64,000 bases of DNA. It comes from a bacterium (lineage in GTDB: Bacteria; Patescibacteriota; CPR2; UBA1875; JAJYID01). The notes beneath the pieces are model-generated. The model was not told where the DNA came from. It did not search any database and saw only the letters and a program-made list of their open reading frames with translations. Shown piece after piece: positions 1-8,001 of the stretch; position 1 is the first letter of the stretch; each line of letters opens with the position of its first letter. The translations under genes and the position numbers were made by a program. Where the stretch lies: positions 24,556-88,555 of the forward strand of contig JAJYLR010000002.1 of assembly GCA_021787535.1 (NCBI GenBank). Reading direction: 5' to 3'.

Positions 1-56
1 TCCAATATTTTGAGCTTCGAAAAGACAAATAAAGATTTACTTGGTAAAATAGGAGT

Positions 57-476
57 ATGAATCACAAAGAAAAAGTATCTATCGTTTTATCTTGTATCGA
101 TTATCGGTTTTGGCCTGATGCTCTGCCTCTCCTAGAAAAGAAATTTGGAGAATTTGATTTGATTGAGCTGGCCGGAGGAAGTAAAAATCTGGCTTCGCCT
201 GCAACTGAAGCAGATAAGCAAGCGGTGCTTGAAAGCATTAAAGTCTCAGTCGATCTGCATGGCGCGAACCAGATCATCCTCACAAATCACACAGATTGCG
301 GAGCGTACGGCGGAAGCAGAAAGTTCGCTTCAAAATCAAGCGAGATCATGTTTCACAAGCAAGAATTGGAAAAAAGCGCCAAGGTTATTAAAGATTATTT
401 CCCAAATCTTAATGTCCAAAAAGTCATAATCGATCTGGATGATAAAAACAGAATTCAACTTTTGCAAGTTTCTTAA
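57..476 (+). CDS. Putative beta-class-like carbonic anhydrase
   Basis: Zn-ligand pattern SCIDYRF ... LAGG ... HTDCGAYGG. Confidence 0.7.
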   Translation: MNHKEKVSIVLSCIDYRFWPDALPLLEKKFGEFDLIELAGGSKNLASPATEADKQAVLESIKVSVDLHGANQIILTNHTDCGAYGGSRKFASKSSEIMFHKQELEKSAKVIKDYFPNLNVQKVIIDLDDKNRIQLLQVS

Positions 477-533
477 GTTTGCTCTAAATCATTGAAAAAA
501 CGCCGGCTTTTAAGTATAATTACATGGTCATGA

Positions 534-623
534 GGTGAGGTGGCCGAGTGGTTGAAGGCAGCAGTCTTGAAAACTGCCGTGCCGGCAACGGTACCGTGGG
601 TTCGAATCCCACCCTCACCGCCA
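534..623 (+). tRNA. tRNA-Ser (anticodon UGA)
   Basis: Acceptor GGTGAGG/CCTCACC + G-CCA; anticodon arm GCAGT-CTTGAAA-ACTGC; long variable arm; GGTTCGAATCC T-arm. Confidence 0.97.
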
Positions 624-660
624 TGTACCGTCTGGTACATGGCACCGCCAAATAAATGCT

Positions 661-930
661 ATGAATAAATTTTATTACGTTTATGTTTTGTTGTGTAAAG
701 ATGGAAAATCTTATACAGGTTCGACGAGTAATTTGAAAGCAAGGGTTGAAAAACACAAAAGCGGTCAAGTTTTAGCAACAAAGCATAGGATACCAGTTAA
801 ACTGATATTTTACGAAGCATATTTGAATAAGTATGATGCATTAAGAAGAGAGAAATATCTAAAGTCATCAAAGGGTAAGACAACCCTAAAAACAATGTTA
901 AAAGAGTATTTTGAGCAAAATTTAGTATAA
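661..930 (+). CDS. Small stand-alone GIY-YIG nuclease family protein
   Basis: YYVYVL..SYTGST.NL..RVEKH..G ... ALRREKYLKS pattern. Confidence 0.9.
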   Translation: MNKFYYVYVLLCKDGKSYTGSTSNLKARVEKHKSGQVLATKHRIPVKLIFYEAYLNKYDALRREKYLKSSKGKTTLKTMLKEYFEQNLV

Positions 931-939
931 TAAATCCGT

Positions 940-1032
940 GGTGAGGTACCCAAGTGGCTGAAGGGGCGGGTTTGCTAAACCTGTAGGTCGGAGTTTTCCG
1001 GCGCGAGAGTTCGAATCTCTCCCTCACCGCCA
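940..1032 (+). tRNA. tRNA-Ser (anticodon GCU)
   Basis: GGTGAGG/CCTCACC-GCCA; anticodon loop TTGCTAA; long variable arm; GTTCGAATC. Confidence 0.96.
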
Positions 1033-1090
1033 TAAACTGTCTGGTATAGGCACCGACAAAGTTCAGAAATCATATAAAAGTAGTTAAGCT

Positions 1091-1123
1091 AAATTGCAAG
1101 GGACGGACCCTTGCAATTTTTTT
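1091..1123 (+). terminator. Intrinsic terminator
   Basis: AAATTGCAAGGG-acgga-CCCTTGCAATTT followed by a T run. Confidence 0.8.
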
Positions 1124-1204
1124 GAAAATTGAAACATTAAAAAATTGATTGATCATTGGAAATTGGAAATTGGTCATTTCCTTCGGTTGTGCTATCATTT
1201 AGCC

Positions 1205-2824
1205 ATGGCAGATGATCTTGATATAGTTTCAAAAGCCAAGTTAGTTAATAGAAACTCTCTTGAGCAAAAGATAATGGATGAGGCAAACCGGCTCGATCTG
1301 CCGTATTTTGACTTGCGTGAAACGGCTCTATCCAAAGAAATCCTAGAAAACTTTGATTCGAAGGACTTTTTCGACTATGCGGTTATTCCAATAAAGGAAG
1401 AAAAAGGCACGCTCGTAATCGCTTCGCCAAATCCGAGATCTGATAAAGTAAACCAGTTTAAGAAAAAGTATGCCAAACCATTCCCAAAAATGACGGCGGG
1501 AATGATTTCCAACGAGAGTTTTGAAGATAATAAAGATCTTTTAAAAAGCATTGTCAGAGTTACTCCGCAAGAGGCAGCCGGCGAGATGGACGTTACGGCA
1601 ATGAAAGTTGGTGAAAAATCTTTTGAAGAATTCCAAAAGAATCTCGATCAAGCGCCGATCCAAAACCTTTTAAAAGTAGTGATAGTGGAGGGCTTTGCCC
1701 TAAATGCTTCAGATATTCACATAGAGCCGGCCGATGAGGAGGCAGCAATACGTTTCCGCATGGACGGCGTCTTGCACAAGGCGGGGGAACTCACAAAAGA
1801 AAAATATAAGTATCTCCTCTCGCAGGTGGAGCTCAGATCAGGACTGAAACTCAATGTCAACTATCCGCAAAACGGCCGTTTCAAAGTTAAGTTTGATGAT
1901 AAAAGCGAACTTGCGGTCAGAATCGAGGTTATGCCTTCACTCTACGGCTCTGATATCGTTATTCGTATTTTCAATGTTGAAGCTGATTTTTTGAATATCA
2001 ACGAGCTGGGCATTCGCGACATCCAGCTGCCAATCTTAGAGTCAGCTCTTATCCGCCCCCATGGCATGATCCTGGTTGTCGGACCTACCGGCGCCGGAAA
2101 AACCACGACTATTTACTCTATCTTAAACAAATTGAATGCACCGGAGATCAAACTTATCACTCTGGAAGATCCGATTGAGTATACTCTGCCCGGCGCGACA
2201 CAGTCGCAAATCAATGAGGGCGAGAACTTTGCCGGCCGGCTGAAAGCAGTGCTCCGGGAAGATCCGGACATCATCATGCTCGGCGAAATTCGCGACGCAG
2301 AAACAGCCAAGACGGCCCTGCAAGCAGCTATTACCGGACATCTTCTCATCACAACCTTGCATGCCAATGACGCGGTAACGGCCGTACCGAGAATAATCGG
2401 GCTTGTAGAAGATGCTTCATCCTTTCTTGACGCCGTCAATATTATTATTGCCCAGCGTCTTGTGCGAAAAATTTGCACGCACTGCCGCAAAGAATACAAA
2501 CCCTCAGATAACGAGATGGCGGAGATTAATAAAATCATTGATAATCTGCCCATCGAGCACAAGCCGAAAAAACCGCCTGAATTCTTTCATGGCACGGGCT
2601 GCGACAAATGCACAAACATCGGTTATAAAGGGCGAATCGGCATATACGAACTTTTGCAAGTCTCACCGGATTTTCAAAGAGCGGTGATAGAAAACAGCAC
2701 TCTGCACGAGTTAAAAGAAATTGCCGTGCGTGACGGAATGCTGACCATGGAACAGGACGGCTTCCTAAAAGCCATCGCGGGAACAGTCGATATTGTTGAA
2801 GTACTAAAAGTAATTAAAGAATGA
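1205..2824 (+). CDS. pilB: Type IV pilus / T2SS assembly ATPase (PilB/GspE family)
   Basis: ASDIHIEP, GPTGAGKTT, TLEDPIEY, LREDPDIIMLGEIRD, TGHLLITTLHAN, CxxC..CxxC; start placed at ATG 1205. Confidence 0.92.
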   Translation: MADDLDIVSKAKLVNRNSLEQKIMDEANRLDLPYFDLRETALSKEILENFDSKDFFDYAVIPIKEEKGTLVIASPNPRSDKVNQFKKKYAKPFPKMTAGMISNESFEDNKDLLKSIVRVTPQEAAGEMDVTAMKVGEKSFEEFQKNLDQAPIQNLLKVVIVEGFALNASDIHIEPADEEAAIRFRMDGVLHKAGELTKEKYKYLLSQVELRSGLKLNVNYPQNGRFKVKFDDKSELAVRIEVMPSLYGSDIVIRIFNVEADFLNINELGIRDIQLPILESALIRPHGMILVVGPTGAGKTTTIYSILNKLNAPEIKLITLEDPIEYTLPGATQSQINEGENFAGRLKAVLREDPDIIMLGEIRDAETAKTALQAAITGHLLITTLHANDAVTAVPRIIGLVEDASSFLDAVNIIIAQRLVRKICTHCRKEYKPSDNEMAEINKIIDNLPIEHKPKKPPEFFHGTGCDKCTNIGYKGRIGIYELLQVSPDFQRAVIENSTLHELKEIAVRDGMLTMEQDGFLKAIAGTVDIVEVLKVIKE

Positions 2825-2905
2825 AGAGAATATTGGAGGCGTTAAAAAGGTTGGGTATGAAAAACAAAATTTCTCCAAGCAAGGCGATCCTTCACTTCTA
2901 ACATT

Positions 2906-3601
2906 TTACTTATTTCTCGCCAGTACAAATCCCCAAACCCGTGTCGCGCCCATTTTGCGGATTTCATGAGCACAGGCATCCAGCGTCGCCCCGCTTGTCA
3001 CAAGGTCATCAACAATCATTACCTGAGCTCCGCTTAAATCCATTTTTTTGCCGGCGGCGAAGGATTTTTCTACGTTTTTGAATCTCTCCTTACGGTTCAG
3101 CTGAGTCTGAGGGGTCTTATACTTTGTACGTTTTAAGAGGTTCGGGTAAAACCTCATGCCGGTATGCGCCGCGAGAATCCGAGCCAGCTCTTCGGCTTGG
3201 TTATATCCCCGCCAAGCCAGTCTTTTAGGATTTGAAGGTACGCAAGTTAAAATAGTTTTTTGAGGAAAGTCGTTCAGATAGGGCCAGGCAATATCGGCTA
3301 AATCATCTTTGAGCGCCTTGATAAATTCATATTTATACGTGTGAATGGCAGTTTTGAGCGGTTCTTCATAGTGCGCTGCTACGTAAACACCGGTGAGAGA
3401 ACTTTTACAGCTCGGGCAAACTCTGCCCCGAACAGTGATTTTGTTGCAAAAGGGACAGTTTTGGGTTTTTAAAAAAAGAATCTTCGCCCGGCATTTCTCG
3501 CAGAAAAGGGTATCAAACTTGCCGCAAGACACGCATTTTTTTGGAAACATAATATCGAGCAAAAATTCAGTGATTTTCTCTTTTTTACTTTGATTTTTCA
3601 T
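2906..3601 (-). CDS. comF: ComF family competence protein (double Zn ribbon + PRTase-like)
   Basis: Four CxxC, RGYNQAE, IVDDLVTSGATL. Confidence 0.92.
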   Translation of the reverse strand: MKNQSKKEKITEFLLDIMFPKKCVSCGKFDTLFCEKCRAKILFLKTQNCPFCNKITVRGRVCPSCKSSLTGVYVAAHYEEPLKTAIHTYKYEFIKALKDDLADIAWPYLNDFPQKTILTCVPSNPKRLAWRGYNQAEELARILAAHTGMRFYPNLLKRTKYKTPQTQLNRKERFKNVEKSFAAGKKMDLSGAQVMIVDDLVTSGATLDACAHEIRKMGATRVWGFVLARNK

Positions 3602-3695
3602 TAAAATGCCACTTAAATTTCCTCTTGCATTATTAACAAATTTGAGCTACCATGATAGCAACAAATTATAGGATTTTAAAGCACTAGGAGGGCAT

Positions 3696-4109
3696 ATGAA
3701 AAAAGACAGCACTCTCACGGATGAAGGTTTCTTTGCGGGTGGCGCAGTGCAGGAACAATGGGATAGCGATGACGACGCAGACGGTCAGCTCGCCGTCGAC
3801 GTTTACCAGACAAAGAAAGACGTTGTGGTAAAAGCGCCTGTGGCAGGCGTGGATCCTGAAAATATCGATATCGATGTTACAAACGAGTCGGTAGCAATCC
3901 GGGGTGAGAGATATGATGAAAAAGAAGTAGATCAGGAGGGTTATCATTTTCAGGAATGCTATTGGGGTTCATTTGCCCGCAGCGTCGCTCTACCAGTGGA
4001 ATGTGATGCCGACAAAGCAGACGCTACTTTCAAAAACGGCATTTTAACTATCCGTATGCCAAAGCTGGTAAAGACCAAGACCAAGAAAGTCAAAGTCAAA
4101 GCCGCTTAA
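3696..4109 (+). CDS. Hsp20/alpha-crystallin small heat shock protein
   Basis: AVDVYQT...ECYWGSFARSVALP...ATFKNGILTIRMPK. Confidence 0.93.
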   Translation: MKKDSTLTDEGFFAGGAVQEQWDSDDDADGQLAVDVYQTKKDVVVKAPVAGVDPENIDIDVTNESVAIRGERYDEKEVDQEGYHFQECYWGSFARSVALPVECDADKADATFKNGILTIRMPKLVKTKTKKVKVKAA

Positions 4110-4131
4110 AGGATTGTGACAAAATGAATTC

Positions 4132-4156
4132 AAAGAAGGCCTAGCTGGCCTTTTTT
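4132..4156 (+). terminator. Intrinsic terminator after hsp20
   Basis: AAGGCC-tagct-GGCCTT plus T run. Confidence 0.65.
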
Positions 4157-4189
4157 GTTTACCCATAAAAACCTGAACACCCTCACCTT

Positions 4190-4342
4190 TGTCATTCCGG
4201 ACTATTCCTTTAAAAAACATAATCAGTTGATCCGGCATCCAGTGTAAAGAATGATTCTGGCCAAGCTCTTCGAGTCTGAGCGATGAGTTCACCTCAGAGT
4301 CGAAAACCGCTCGCCACTAGCGTGGAGTTGGCCGGAATGACA
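4190..4342. repeat. Palindromic miniature element with 11-bp terminal inverted repeats and nested hairpins
   Basis: TGTCATTCCGG (4190-4200) / CCGGAATGACA (4332-4342); internal TTCGAgTCTGAG...CTCAGAGTCGAA pairing. Confidence 0.65.
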
Positions 4343-4411
4343 GTGCAGGTGATATTAAATTGAATTTCCGGATTTACGGATAAAAAATTTGGAAAATTTG
4401 GAAAATGGGGG

Positions 4412-4462
4412 TTGACAAATAGTAGACAATTATATAAAATCACAATGATATAATAATTGTCT
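4412..4462 (+). promoter_or_regulatory. Sigma70 promoter overlapped by a 10-bp inverted repeat (candidate operator)
   Basis: TTGACA-17-TAAAAT; AGACAATTAT (4424-4433) / ATAATTGTCT (4453-4462). Confidence 0.6.
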
Positions 4463-4469
4463 TCTAAAC

Positions 4470-5555
4470 ATGGATATAAAAGAGTTAATAATAAAGAGAT
4501 TGAATACTGCGGGTGAGGTTCGGGTTGCTGATATTGTAGATGAAACATCTTTCTCCCGAAAATACATTCACCGTTTTTTTGATGAACTTCAGAAGGAAAA
4601 TAAGATAGCAAAAATTGGCACGACAAAGGCTGCCAGGTATGTATTTTCCAGTCATCAAAAGGTTTTTGAAGCTAAAAAAAATATTATAAAGATAGATCTT
4701 CTTTTAAAAAATAGAGGGCTCAAAGAAGATTTGGTTGAAGATAAAATCAAGGAAGATACGGGTATCTTTATCGGATTATCAAAAGAAGTGAAGGCAGCGG
4801 CAGACTTTGCTTTCTTGGAAATACTTAACAACGCTATTGAGCACTCAAAAAGTGAAAACATTCGCGTCACTATGTCGAGGATGGAAAACAAGCTTATTTT
4901 TGACATTTTTGATTGGGGAGTAGGCGTATTTGCCAGTATTAGAAAAAAGAAGGGGCTCCAAAATGATCTTGAAGCTATCCAAGATCTTTTAAAAGGAAAG
5001 GAAACAACTAACCCGGCAAGACACACGGGGCAAGGAATTTTTTTTACTGCGCGTATCGCTGATAGGTTTATTCTATATAGTTCGAAAAAAAAGCTGATTT
5101 TTGATAATAATATCGATGATGTTTTCTTGAAAGATTCTCCCGCCAGAAAGGGTACAAGGGCTCATTTTGAAGTTGCTCTGGATACAAAGAAGAAATCGGA
5201 AGAAATTTTTAGGCGTTATTCGGATCCTGACTCTTATGAATTCTCAAAAACCGAGGTAATGATCCATCTCTACAAAATGGATATTGGCTACATATCTCGT
5301 TCTCAGGCGAGAAGAGTAACGGCGGGGCTTGAAAAATTTAAATCGGTCGTGTTGGACTTTAGCAGGGTGGATACGATTGGACAAGGTTTTGCCGATGAAG
5401 TTTTTCGCGTATGGCAGAAAAGGAATCCGAAAACAAGGATCTCCTATAAAAATGCTGATGAAAATGTGCAGTTTATGATAGAGCGTGCAAAATCAGATTT
5501 AAAGAATCATTTTGATCGGCACCAAAAAAAACAAAACAAAGATATTGACAAATGA
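4470..5555 (+). CDS. wHTH + HATPase_c (RsbW-like) + STAS-like (DUF4325-type) protein
   Basis: N-terminal HTH; EILNNAIEHS N-box, DWGVG, GQGIFF; C-terminal SRSQARR..VVLDFSRVDTIGQGFADEVFR. Confidence 0.8.
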   Translation: MDIKELIIKRLNTAGEVRVADIVDETSFSRKYIHRFFDELQKENKIAKIGTTKAARYVFSSHQKVFEAKKNIIKIDLLLKNRGLKEDLVEDKIKEDTGIFIGLSKEVKAAADFAFLEILNNAIEHSKSENIRVTMSRMENKLIFDIFDWGVGVFASIRKKKGLQNDLEAIQDLLKGKETTNPARHTGQGIFFTARIADRFILYSSKKKLIFDNNIDDVFLKDSPARKGTRAHFEVALDTKKKSEEIFRRYSDPDSYEFSKTEVMIHLYKMDIGYISRSQARRVTAGLEKFKSVVLDFSRVDTIGQGFADEVFRVWQKRNPKTRISYKNADENVQFMIERAKSDLKNHFDRHQKKQNKDIDK

Positions 5556-5691
5556 GCTGTTTTATGATATCTTAATATAACCGATTCTCGAAAATCGGAG
5601 CAAGCAAGTTCTTTGAAAATAATTGAGATGTATGTTTCCCTGTTTTTCCGCCTATTGGCGATTCCGATATTCAAACAAAGGAGTGATTTGC

Positions 5692-6483
5692 ATGAAAACG
5701 ACAAAATGGATATTTGCATTAGCAGCACTCGTCATTATCGCAATTTTGGCTGTTACCACCACCGGCTGCGGTAGCGACAACGGCACCGCCCGGGCCGGCA
5801 ACTCACCGACAACCGAAAACAGCAGTGGCCCGAATGGCCAGAACGGCCCCAAGCCCGATAAGATCAGTATGCTGAGCGACAAGTGGAGTAAGGTGACCAC
5901 TGCCAAAGCCGCTCTGGAAAATGCGGTATTTGCGGCTGAAGCGAATGAAACCGGCGGAGACGCTTATTTCAAGGATAGCCAAGCGAGGGAATTCACAAAG
6001 AATGTCGATGACGCGCAAGCAGCATTCGATTCCGCCTTGAAAGAGTATATCCAGCTCGCATCCGGCGTTGATGCGCAAGGGCTTACTGACAGCGGCTTGC
6101 CGACCATTGACGGCGATCATCTGATATTGGACAACGACTTAAAGCCATCTTGGGATGCTGCCGTAGACGCAGACAAGCAGATACAGGTCTTGGCGGGGAC
6201 TATGTGCAAATCAAAATGCTATGCCCTCAGCGATCCAAAGTATCAGAGCCAAGTACAGGACGCTTTGAGCAAGTGGCAAACGGCCGCCAAAAACTACAAC
6301 GAGCAGGCAGCCAAGTTCAAGAGCGACCTTCTGGTTGCCTATAGCTACCCTGTATCGTTGGATGTCTCTTTCAAAATGAGCGCGATTGATGGAATTGATA
6401 AATATGGCGACACTGGATACACAACACCAATGGCATCCATTCGCTATGCGCTGGAGAATAACCAGCCGCTGCCCAGCGGTTAA
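5692..6483 (+). CDS. Hypothetical lipoprotein, helical
   Basis: AAGGAGTGA RBS; signal peptide ending TTGC; low-complexity linker. Confidence 0.7.
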   Translation: MKTTKWIFALAALVIIAILAVTTTGCGSDNGTARAGNSPTTENSSGPNGQNGPKPDKISMLSDKWSKVTTAKAALENAVFAAEANETGGDAYFKDSQAREFTKNVDDAQAAFDSALKEYIQLASGVDAQGLTDSGLPTIDGDHLILDNDLKPSWDAAVDADKQIQVLAGTMCKSKCYALSDPKYQSQVQDALSKWQTAAKNYNEQAAKFKSDLLVAYSYPVSLDVSFKMSAIDGIDKYGDTGYTTPMASIRYALENNQPLPSG

Positions 6484-6504
6484 GTAACAGCATTACATCT
6501 CAAA

Positions 6505-6536
6505 AAAAGGCCCCATTCCGGGGCCTTTTGTTTTTT
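6505..6536 (+). terminator. Intrinsic terminator (possibly bidirectional)
   Basis: AAAAGGCCCC-attcc-GGGGCCTTTT. Confidence 0.8.
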
Positions 6537-6589
6537 CATTTTAGTTTTTATACTTTACAAAAGAAACAGAAAATCATTATAATACGCTT

Positions 6590-7150
6590 ATGAACACTTT
6601 TGGCATGAAGCTTGGCTCATTAACACTTGCTTTTTTGTTTTCAATGTTTGTGGTAATCTGTTTCCCCAGCATTCGGCTTCAAAGTGTTGACGCAGCAACC
6701 CCTCTTTGCAACAACACACAAGATCCTAATTCTCCACCAGGTTGTTCTCAAACACCCGTTTGCCCGTCGGGTAAGTATTATATACCTAGTCAAGATCCCA
6801 AAAAACCTGATGAAGCTTGCGTTCCACCCCCTTGTGATAATCAAAACCCTGATTATGATAATCCAGACTGTGTCAAACAAACTTTTAAATCAGTTTCCGG
6901 CGGATTTGATTTCGGCAATGCCAACAGCTTCAAAGATGTCGGCAAGACCATAATAGACACAGCCGGCGGTATTATTCTGGGAGTCGCAGTTCTCAAAATA
7001 ATTTTCGGCGGCATAATGTATTCAACCGCAGCCGGCAATCCCCAGCGAATAGAAGAAGCAAAGAGTCATATCTACTATGCCCTTATCGGCGTAGCCCTGC
7101 TTGTAGGCATGAATATTTTACTCTTTTTAATCGGAGCCCAAACATACTAG
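6590..7150 (+). CDS. VirB2/TrbC-like pilin with Cys/Pro-rich N-terminal extension
   Basis: GGIMYSTAAGNPQRIEEAKSHIYYALIG between two TM helices. Confidence 0.8.
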   Translation: MNTFGMKLGSLTLAFLFSMFVVICFPSIRLQSVDAATPLCNNTQDPNSPPGCSQTPVCPSGKYYIPSQDPKKPDEACVPPPCDNQNPDYDNPDCVKQTFKSVSGGFDFGNANSFKDVGKTIIDTAGGIILGVAVLKIIFGGIMYSTAAGNPQRIEEAKSHIYYALIGVALLVGMNILLFLIGAQTY

Positions 7151-7157
7151 CTATCCC

Positions 7158-7517
7158 ATGAAAATGAAAGAGTTAGAAAGATACAAAAAAATATTTTCCA
7201 GAACAACATTTCTTGCCCCTGGGCTTTATGTTCCTAACTTTGGTGGTCCGCTTTTGGGTGGGTGCAATATGAATGATCCAAATACTGGTGATATGCAATG
7301 TATTGTCAACAATATCACAAGTTGGGTCCTTGGACTTGCCGGCCTTGTTATAGTGTTAATGATTGTTATAGCCGGTGTCAGATATATTGTTTCGGCTGGC
7401 AACCCAAATCAAACTGAAGGCGCAAAAAAAACTCTTGTCGGCGCTATAATAGGGCTTATAATAATTATATTGGCAAAGGTTTTGATATCAATCGTCGTGA
7501 AACTTATTACAGGATAA
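7158..7517 (+). CDS. VirB2/TrbC-like pilin
   Basis: AGVRYIVSAGNPNQTEGAKKTLVGAIIG. Confidence 0.85.
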   Translation: MKMKELERYKKIFSRTTFLAPGLYVPNFGGPLLGGCNMNDPNTGDMQCIVNNITSWVLGLAGLVIVLMIVIAGVRYIVSAGNPNQTEGAKKTLVGAIIGLIIIILAKVLISIVVKLITG

Positions 7518-7616
7518 TCTCAGCTTTTAGCAAATTGTTAAATTAATTAAACAAACTAAGTTAGCTCTTTCTCAATTAATGAATACTGAGAAGAGACATA
7601 AAGGAGGTATAAAAAA

Positions 7617-7949
7617 ATGAAAGCAAAAATTACAGCGGCATCGATGGCAATAAGCCAGTTTATTTTAGCTGCTAGTGTGCGAGCGCAATCAAACCCAAAT
7701 CCACTACCGCAACCGCACAGTTCAGATCTAGGGCCAATTCTGCAAAACGTGATAAACTGGATTTTGGGCATAGCCGGTTTGCTGGCAGTGCTTATGCTTG
7801 TTATCGGCGGTATCAGATATGTGATTTCGGCCGGCAATCCGTCACAGACAGAGGGAGCAAAGAAAACCATTATCTACTCACTTGTAGGCATAGTGGTCAT
7901 CATACTCGCCGTTGTCTTGGTCAATACGGTTATAGGCCTGTTTCACTAA
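7617..7949 (+). CDS. VirB2/TrbC-like pilin (probable major pilin)
   Basis: GGIRYVISAGNPSQTEGAKKTIIYSLVG; AAGGAGGT RBS; signal peptide. Confidence 0.85.
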   Translation: MKAKITAASMAISQFILAASVRAQSNPNPLPQPHSSDLGPILQNVINWILGIAGLLAVLMLVIGGIRYVISAGNPSQTEGAKKTIIYSLVGIVVIILAVVLVNTVIGLFH

Positions 7950-8001
7950 AATCATCGGTAGAGGATAGAAATACCAAATTGTTCTTGCTCTTTAAACGCT
8001 C

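Noticed and set aside
520-1033. Minus-strand ORFs 520-768 and 797-1033
   Set aside because: Antisense shadows of the tRNA genes and the GIY-YIG gene
3600-3720. CIRCE element upstream of hsp20
   Set aside because: Only partial AGCACT half-sites; no TTAGCACTC-N9-GAGTGCTAA
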